Both the position numbers and the translations under genes were made by a program. This document shows, piece after piece, positions 58,734 through 64,000 of a DNA stretch of 64,000 bases (its first letter is position 1; the number at the start of each line of letters is the position of its first letter). The notes beneath the pieces are model-generated. The model was given only the letters and a program-made list of their open reading frames with translations. It did no database searches and was not told where the DNA came from. The DNA is from Candidatus Hydrogenedens sp. (lineage in GTDB: Bacteria > Hydrogenedentota > Hydrogenedentia > Hydrogenedentales > Hydrogenedentaceae): positions 1 to 64,000 of the forward strand of contig JBMFRC010000013.1 of the NCBI GenBank assembly GCA_049968235.1, written 5' to 3'.

Positions 58734-59876
58734 TTATTTCTCGATGGAGTCGATGGTCCCGGCACCTAATACGATATCGTTATCATAGAAAACTGCGGTT
58801 TGTCCCGGGGTAATTGCGGATTGGGGTTCATCGAAAATAACATGGACGATTTTTCCATAGTCATCAACTTTTTCTAATTGTGCGGATGCAGGTTCATGGC
58901 GTAATCGTATCTTGCAGTGAATTTTCATAGGTGTTTCGGGCACATCAGGAATGGAAACCCAATTGCAATCTATAACTTTCATGGTTTGTTTTAATAGAGC
59001 AGATTTACGACCTACAATAACACGGTTGTGAATGGGGTCCAATCCGACAACATAATACGGTTCACCGGCTCCCCCTATTCCCAGACCTTTGCGTTGACCA
59101 ATGGTGTAATGGATAATTCCGTGATGTTTTCCTAAAACATGTCCCTGCTCATCCATAATATCTCCTTCTTTCACTTCATCTTCTTGAAATAGCACATCGT
59201 ATTTATTGCTCTCTAAAAAATCCTGACTTTCACTTTGTTCGGCAAGTTCTGGGAAGCCCGCGTTTCGTGCTAAAATTCGGATTTGTGTCTTGGTCAAATT
59301 GCCTAATGGGAAAACAATCTTTTTCAATTGTTCTTGTTGTAACATAGCCAGGAAATAACTCTGGTCTTTTTCTAAATCTACACCACGGAGCAATAAATAT
59401 CGATTTTGCACAGGGTCAAAATGGACACGGGCATAATGTCCCGTTGCAAAATAGTCAAAGGGGATACCCGCTTTTTGTGCTCGTTCTATCAGAAATCCGA
59501 ATTTTATTGTGCGATTACAACGAACGCACGGATTGGGTGTTCTACCGGAGAGATATTCCTGACGAAAATATTCTAATACTGCTTTATTGTATTCATCTGC
59601 GAGTCGGATAACATAAAAGGGAATTTCTAATCGTTTTGCGACGGATTGTGCCATTGCAATTTCCTGTTCTTCACCGGGACCGAAACATCCTTTTACACCA
59701 GTATCCTGCAATGGGAACCGATTATCCCATAGAGACATAGTCAAACCGATAACTTCGCATCCCCGCCGTTTCAATAGCCAGACCGCCATAGAAGAATCCA
59801 CTCCACCACTCATCCCTACCGCTACTTTTGCTCCTGGCGAAGGTAGTAAGTCTAATATTTGCTCCGCAAATTCCAC
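58734..59876 (-). CDS. mnmA: tRNA 2-thiouridine(34) synthase
   Basis: A PP-loop VAVGMSGGVDSS and a conserved Cys (NPCVRCN) are present. Length is 380 aa. Confidence 0.9.
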   Translation of the reverse strand: MEFAEQILDLLPSPGAKVAVGMSGGVDSSMAVWLLKRRGCEVIGLTMSLWDNRFPLQDTGVKGCFGPGEEQEIAMAQSVAKRLEIPFYVIRLADEYNKAVLEYFRQEYLSGRTPNPCVRCNRTIKFGFLIERAQKAGIPFDYFATGHYARVHFDPVQNRYLLLRGVDLEKDQSYFLAMLQQEQLKKIVFPLGNLTKTQIRILARNAGFPELAEQSESQDFLESNKYDVLFQEDEVKEGDIMDEQGHVLGKHHGIIHYTIGQRKGLGIGGAGEPYYVVGLDPIHNRVIVGRKSALLKQTMKVIDCNWVSIPDVPETPMKIHCKIRLRHEPASAQLEKVDDYGKIVHVIFDEPQSAITPGQTAVFYDNDIVLGAGTIDSIEK

Positions 59877-60106
59877 TATTTCATTGCCCTTATAATTTTT
59901 TATTCAACGGATGAAATATTATAAAAGGATATTTCTGAAAACACTAATTCTTCTTTTAAAAGTTTTTGCATACTCTAACCTTAATATAAAATAGGAACCC
60001 ATAACCTCCGCTTTTACTACTTAAAGAACAAATAAATCTTATAAACATTCGCACATAATGTTTTTGGGGACATAAAAAATCTACTATTGTGGGGATTGTA
60101 AAAAAA

Positions 60107-60183
60107 TGGTGGGCGGTGCAGGACTCGAACCTGCGACCCCCTGCGTGTAAAGCAGATGCTCTAACCAGCTGAGCTAACCGCCC
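60107..60183 (-). tRNA. tRNA-Val (anticodon UAC), 77 nt with encoded CCA
   Basis: I folded this by hand into a cloverleaf: acceptor GGGCGGT/ACCGCCC, D-arm GCTC-AGCTGGTTA-GAGC, anticodon stem TCTGC/GCAGG with loop TTTACAC, T-arm GCAGG-TTCGAGT-CCTGC, discriminator A, then CCA. Confidence 0.85.
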
Positions 60184-60301
60184 CTATTTACCCTAATAGG
60201 GACTAATATATTATCAAAATAAAAATACTGTTATCAATTTTCATAATTGTATTATTTCATTTTCCAGATTGAAAATAGCATATAGATAGAAGTTATCAAT
60301 G

Positions 60302-61693
60302 TTACTCAGAAGGAGAAATCATTTTGTAGGGGTTAACAATCTGGTCAAATTCTTGTTCCGTGATTAAGCCTGTTTTTAGTGCTTCTTCTTTGAGGGTAGT
60401 ACCGTTTTTATGTGCATTACGGGCGATTTGAGCGGAAACTTCATAGCCAAGTTTTCTATTTAGTGCAGTTACTAACATTAATGAATTTTGAAGGTAGTAT
60501 GCTAATTTTTTGCGGTTAGGCTGGAGACCGTTCAAGCAATTTTGAGTAAAGGACTGGCATGCATCGGATAGAAGATGTATAGATTGAAGGATATTATAGA
60601 TAATCACAGGTTTGTAAACATTGAGTTCAAATTGTCCTGATGAACCAGCAATGTTAATAGCTACATCATTTCCTATTACTTGAGCACATACCATTGTCAT
60701 CATTTCGCATTGAGTTGGATTAACTTTACCGGGCATAATGGAGGAGCCGGGTTCGTTCTCTGGGAGGAACAATTCTGCAAGGCCACAACGAGGACCGCTT
60801 CCCATCAGTCGAATATCATTGGCAATTTTCATGCAGGAACAAGCGATTGTTTTTAATATACCGGAAAGCATAACCAGGGCATCATGTCCTGCTAATGCTT
60901 CAAATTTATTTTCTGCGGGTCGGAAAGGTTGTTGGGTTAATTCTGCAATATAAGCAACTGCTTTTTCTGCGAAACCTACGGGGGCATTTAATCCTGTCCC
61001 GACAGCAGTTCCACCCAATGCCAATTCATACAGGTCTTTTAAGGATAATTGTATACGATTCATATCTTGTTCGATTTGTCGTGCATAACCGGAGAATTCC
61101 TGTCCTAAGGTAATTGGTGTTGCATCCATCATGTGTGTTCTGCCTGTTTTCACTAAATCTTTGTATTCTTCGGATTTGCGGGCAAGTGATTTATAAAATT
61201 CGTCCAGTGCAGGAAGCAAACGGTTACTCAATTCCAGAACTGTTGCTACATGCATTGCTGTTGGGAACACATCATTTGAGGATTGAGACATATTTACATG
61301 GTCATTGGGATGAATCGGTTTTTTTGTGCTATGAGGTGAACCTAAAATTTCATTAGCACGTGTTGATATAACTTCATTCACATTCATATTTGTTTGCGTT
61401 CCACTTCCTGTCTGCCAGACATGCAGAGGAAACTGGTCGTCCCATTTTCCTGTGAGGATTTCATCAACCACAGTAGTGATAATTTCGCAATATTCCGATT
61501 TAAGTAAACCGAGGTCATGATTCGCCTTTGCACAGGCTTTCTTTATAAGTGCCAATGCATATACAACCTCCATAGGCATTTTTTCTTTGCCCACAGAAAA
61601 AAATTGAAGTGAACGAACCGTCTGACTACCGTAGTAGGCATCAAGAGGCACTTGAACTTCACCCAATGCATCTTTCTCTATACGAAATTCCAT
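60302..61693 (-). CDS. fumC: Class II fumarate hydratase
   Basis: The signature GSSIMPGKVNPTQCE is present. QTGSGTQTNMNVNEV favours FumC over aspartase. Confidence 0.8.
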   Translation of the reverse strand: MEFRIEKDALGEVQVPLDAYYGSQTVRSLQFFSVGKEKMPMEVVYALALIKKACAKANHDLGLLKSEYCEIITTVVDEILTGKWDDQFPLHVWQTGSGTQTNMNVNEVISTRANEILGSPHSTKKPIHPNDHVNMSQSSNDVFPTAMHVATVLELSNRLLPALDEFYKSLARKSEEYKDLVKTGRTHMMDATPITLGQEFSGYARQIEQDMNRIQLSLKDLYELALGGTAVGTGLNAPVGFAEKAVAYIAELTQQPFRPAENKFEALAGHDALVMLSGILKTIACSCMKIANDIRLMGSGPRCGLAELFLPENEPGSSIMPGKVNPTQCEMMTMVCAQVIGNDVAINIAGSSGQFELNVYKPVIIYNILQSIHLLSDACQSFTQNCLNGLQPNRKKLAYYLQNSLMLVTALNRKLGYEVSAQIARNAHKNGTTLKEEALKTGLITEQEFDQIVNPYKMISPSE

Positions 61694-61838
61694 CCTTTTA
61701 TCCCTTTATTTGATTGAATAATTTATACTTCTTATCTATTTTACTTCAATGCTGTATGACGAATAAATCTTTTTGTAGAACTTATAGAGGAGGTGTCTAT
61801 GCTTTTTTGTAAAAGAGAAGTTTTAATTGAATGTGTAT

Positions 61839-61879
61839 AAATAAAGTAAAGGCACGGGGAAGTTTCGTTTCCCTGTGCC
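61839..61879 (-). terminator. Rho-independent terminator after the Hsp20 cluster
   Basis: Hairpin ggcacgggga-agtttcgttt-ccctgtgcc (9/10 bp stem). On the minus strand it is followed by TTTACTTTATTT. Confidence 0.5.
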
Positions 61880-61929
61880 CTTGTCCATGTTGTAATGCGG
61901 TGTAGTATTAATACGAACCTGTGTAGATA

Positions 61930-62421
61930 TTATCCGACTTTAATCTGGATACGGTGTGCTTTTGCAGATTCGCTCTTGGGCAGACGAATCTGTAAGACAC
62001 CGTTTTTGTAATTTGCCTCGGCTTTCTCAGCGATAATCTCACAAGGCAAAGGAATAACGCGGGAGAAAGAACCATATTGACATTCCGCATAATAGTATGA
62101 ACGGTCTTTCTTTTCCTGCTGGAATTTCTTTTCACCCCGCAGGATAAGTCTCTGCCCTTGAAGCTCAACCTTAAAATCGTTTTCAGATAAGCCGGGCATT
62201 TCTGCGTTAATAATAACTTCGTCATTGTTTTCTTCGACATCCACCGCAGGGAATGTAGTGGTATTAAACCAGTCGAAGAAAACAGGTTCATGCGTGAGCC
62301 AATTCCCCGAGTCCTTACGGGTTGTTAAGAAACGGTCAAACCAATTGTTGAGGGTTTGACGCAAATCATTTATCTTTTCTTTTATCTGGATAGGGACTAA
62401 TGTGTTACGCATAAACCTCAC
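61930..62421 (-). CDS. Hsp20 / alpha-crystallin family small heat-shock protein
   Basis: Alpha-crystallin domain motifs are VDVEENNDEVIINAEMPGLSENDFKVEL ... GVLQIRLPK. RBS aaggaggtg. Confidence 0.85.
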   Translation of the reverse strand: MRFMRNTLVPIQIKEKINDLRQTLNNWFDRFLTTRKDSGNWLTHEPVFFDWFNTTTFPAVDVEENNDEVIINAEMPGLSENDFKVELQGQRLILRGEKKFQQEKKDRSYYYAECQYGSFSRVIPLPCEIIAEKAEANYKNGVLQIRLPKSESAKAHRIQIKVG

Positions 62422-62440
62422 CTCCTTTTATTGTTCAAGT

Positions 62441-62469
62441 GGGCAGATTCGTTGTATGCGAACCTGCCC
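62441..62469 (-). promoter_or_regulatory. Stable hairpin in the 5' leader between Hsp20 genes 2 and 1
   Basis: gggcagattcg-ttgtatg-cgaacctgccc (10/11 bp stem). On the minus strand it is immediately followed by the RBS aaggaggtg and the ATG. There is no T-run after it on the minus strand, so I do not read it as a simple terminator. Confidence 0.35.
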
Positions 62470-62477
62470 TTTTATTA

Positions 62478-62867
62478 TTAACTAACGGTAATCGGTATTT
62501 GTTTGGGTTTGGCTTCTTCTTTCTTGGGTAAGTGGATAATTAATACACCATTTTTCATTTCAGCCTTGATTTTCTCCTGGTCCGTCTTATCGCTTAACTG
62601 GAACTGACGGAAGTAAGGATATAGGTCAAATTCCTGATAAGTCAGGTCGACATTCAAATTACTTTTTGCACCTGCTTTAATAGTCAGAATGTCGTTCTCC
62701 ACCTGAATCTGGACATCCTCTTTCTGGACACCGGGCAAATCTGCGATGACAGTTAAGCCCTCGGCGGTTTCAAAGATGTCCACAGGTGGTCGGAGTGTCT
62801 TTGAACTGTCCCGTGTATCGGGAACATGTTTGGATTGTGTCTTGACGGGAATTGTTGTTTCTTTCAT
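62478..62867 (-). CDS. Hsp20 / alpha-crystallin family small heat-shock protein
   Basis: Alpha-crystallin domain motifs are VDIFETAEGLTVIADLPGVQKEDVQIQV ... GVLIIHLPK. The ATG at 62867 has an RBS aggaggtg; the track start at 62876 is GTG. Confidence 0.85.
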   Translation of the reverse strand: MKETTIPVKTQSKHVPDTRDSSKTLRPPVDIFETAEGLTVIADLPGVQKEDVQIQVENDILTIKAGAKSNLNVDLTYQEFDLYPYFRQFQLSDKTDQEKIKAEMKNGVLIIHLPKKEEAKPKQIPITVS

Positions 62868-62896
62868 AGCCAACACCTCCTTTTTGTTATGGGTTA

Positions 62897-63361
62897 TTAT
62901 TTTACACTTATTGATATTTGTTTGGGTTTTGCGGATTCGGCTTTAGGTAGAGTTAACAGAAGAATACCGTTCTTATACTCTGCTTTTACTTTGTCAGCAT
63001 CTACTTCGACAGGAAGTGATAATGTGCGGATAAATTTACCAGCACCACGCTCATTGCGATGGAATGCCTCCGGTTTTACATCCTTTATTGCAGGTTTCTC
63101 TCCTGCAATACGCACGGTATTATTCAGCACGGAGACTTCCAACGACTCAGGGTCAATACCCGGAGCCAATGCCTCCACATAAACATTATCCTTATCCTCT
63201 GCAAGATTGACAAGAGGATAAGAGCGAGTGGAGACACCCGGCAAGAACGAGAAACGGAATGACGGGATGTCCCAGACATCCTCATTGAAAATACGGAACA
63301 AATCATCCATCTCGCGTCTGAGTTGCTCTAACTCTTGAATTGGGTCCCACCATCTTCTCAT
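62897..63361 (-). CDS. Hsp20 / alpha-crystallin family small heat-shock protein
   Basis: Alpha-crystallin domain motifs are VNLAEDKDNVYVEALAPGIDPESLEVSV ... GILLLTLPK. RBS aaaggaggt with 7-nt spacing. Confidence 0.85.
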   Translation of the reverse strand: MRRWWDPIQELEQLRREMDDLFRIFNEDVWDIPSFRFSFLPGVSTRSYPLVNLAEDKDNVYVEALAPGIDPESLEVSVLNNTVRIAGEKPAIKDVKPEAFHRNERGAGKFIRTLSLPVEVDADKVKAEYKNGILLLTLPKAESAKPKQISISVK

Positions 63362-63404
63362 AGGTCATACCTCCTTTGGTTAAGGTTTACTTTTTTTCTA
63401 TGTT

Positions 63405-63424
63405 ATTCAATTTTCATATTGAAT
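63405..63424. promoter_or_regulatory. Perfect 7-6-7 inverted repeat ATTCAAT-TTTCAT-ATTGAAT in the Hsp20 operon leader
   Basis: Read directly from the sequence, about 45 bp upstream of the first Hsp20 start codon. It is a candidate repressor operator. Confidence 0.4.
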
Positions 63425-63711
63425 TTAGCAAACAGCATGCCAGGTCGTAATGAACAAAAATCAATTGAAAATATGAAGGTTTATGCAGACCGTTCCTAAG
63501 ACAAAAACGCTCCTGTTTCATTTCTTTGCTGAAAAATGAAACATTCGTTTCACTATGCTACGAAAAACCATGCCCAACCCTGGCTGATTTGTCCGACCTG
63601 TATGACCCTAAACTTAACTACAAGATTTTAAATACAATGCAAAATATGTTATCATATGTATAATCCCTCTAAATTTATCCCATTCAGCAATATAAATCAG
63701 GTGTTTTTTTT

Positions 63712-64000
63712 ATGTGGTATCGTTCTATTCCAATTATTTTGTTGATATTATCCAATCTGTTCATGACTTACGCATGGTATGGACACTTAAAAGATTTAAA
63801 AAACAAACCTTTGTTTATGGCAATTGTATTCAGTTGGTGTGTGGCATTTTTTGAGTATTGTCTGCAAGTTCCTGCCAACCGTATCGGATTTCAGTTCCTA
63901 AATTTAAGTCAGTTAAAAGTTCTTCAAGAAGTAATTACAATGATTGTGTTTGCTATATTTTCTGTCGTATATATGAAAGAGCAAATCCGCATGGATTTTG
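63712..64000 (+). CDS. DMT-superfamily small membrane protein (DUF486-like), 5' partial; it continues beyond the window
   Basis: I translated this by hand: MWYRSIPIILLILSNLFMTYAWYGHLKDLKNKPLFMAIVFSWCVAFFEYCLQVPANRIGF ... It has hydrophobic helices and no stop before the window end. Confidence 0.5.
   Translation, partial: MWYRSIPIILLILSNLFMTYAWYGHLKDLKNKPLFMAIVFSWCVAFFEYCLQVPANRIGFQFLNLSQLKVLQEVITMIVFAIFSVVYMKEQIRMDF

Noticed and set aside
60184-60301. Palindromic ccctaataggg next to the tRNA-Val 5' end
   Set aside because: It is too short, with a 1-3 nt loop, to form a stable hairpin. It is probably a chance palindrome in the tRNA promoter region.

Overview
This window reads as a gene-dense, low-GC (roughly 40%) bacterial chromosomal segment with standard genetic code, where TGA is used as a stop in many genes. 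I see no integrase, transposase, reverse transcriptase or CRISPR array. Several features point to a polysaccharide-degrading, envelope-rich bacterium, possibly PVC-like. These are a DUF1559 prepilin-like gene, and glycoside hydrolases GH2 and GH172/DUF2961. A discoidin-domain protein and a beta-helix protein point the same way. That lineage guess is inference only. The recognisable content, in order, is as follows. (1) The 3' end of lgt. (2) A DUF4097 protein, an ECF sigma factor and an anti-sigma factor, followed by a 1001-aa membrane-anchored protein built from repeated carboxypeptidase-regulatory-like beta-sandwich domains and two tandem ABC-2 exporters. (3) Bcp peroxiredoxin, an HDOD protein, and a 2[4Fe-4S] ferredoxin next to a radical-SAM protein. 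(4) A polysaccharide export cluster (flippase, PCP/Wzz-like protein, transglutaminase-like protein). (5) anmK, a dprA-like gene, adk, and a GH2 hydrolase. (6) A compact flagellar export-gate cluster fliQ-fliR-flhB-flhA-flhF-flhG with no fliP in the window. (7) An M20 peptidase, GH172, a NUDIX hydrolase, and a minus-strand block of secreted hypothetical proteins ending in a neutral-ceramidase and Ntn-hydrolase (C45-like) fusion. (8) A DUF134 / Gly-Arg-Trp-rich / NifX-like trio with a 20-bp perfect palindrome upstream. (9) The pyruvate dehydrogenase operon aceE-aceF-lpd. (10) A degraded restriction-modification remnant: an HNH endonuclease plus a beta-class SPPY methyltransferase pseudogene with an in-frame TGA. 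(11) A beta-helix protein, an NAD-dependent epimerase, mnmA, tRNA-Val(UAC), fumC, three tandem Hsp20 genes with structured regulatory DNA, and a partial DMT membrane protein at the 3' edge. Nothing here is a confidently recognised, named novel system. The most unusual candidates are the ceramidase-Ntn fusion block, the DUF134-palindrome trio, the ECF-sigma surface module, the R-M remnant and the intergenic CTCCGTG repeat region.
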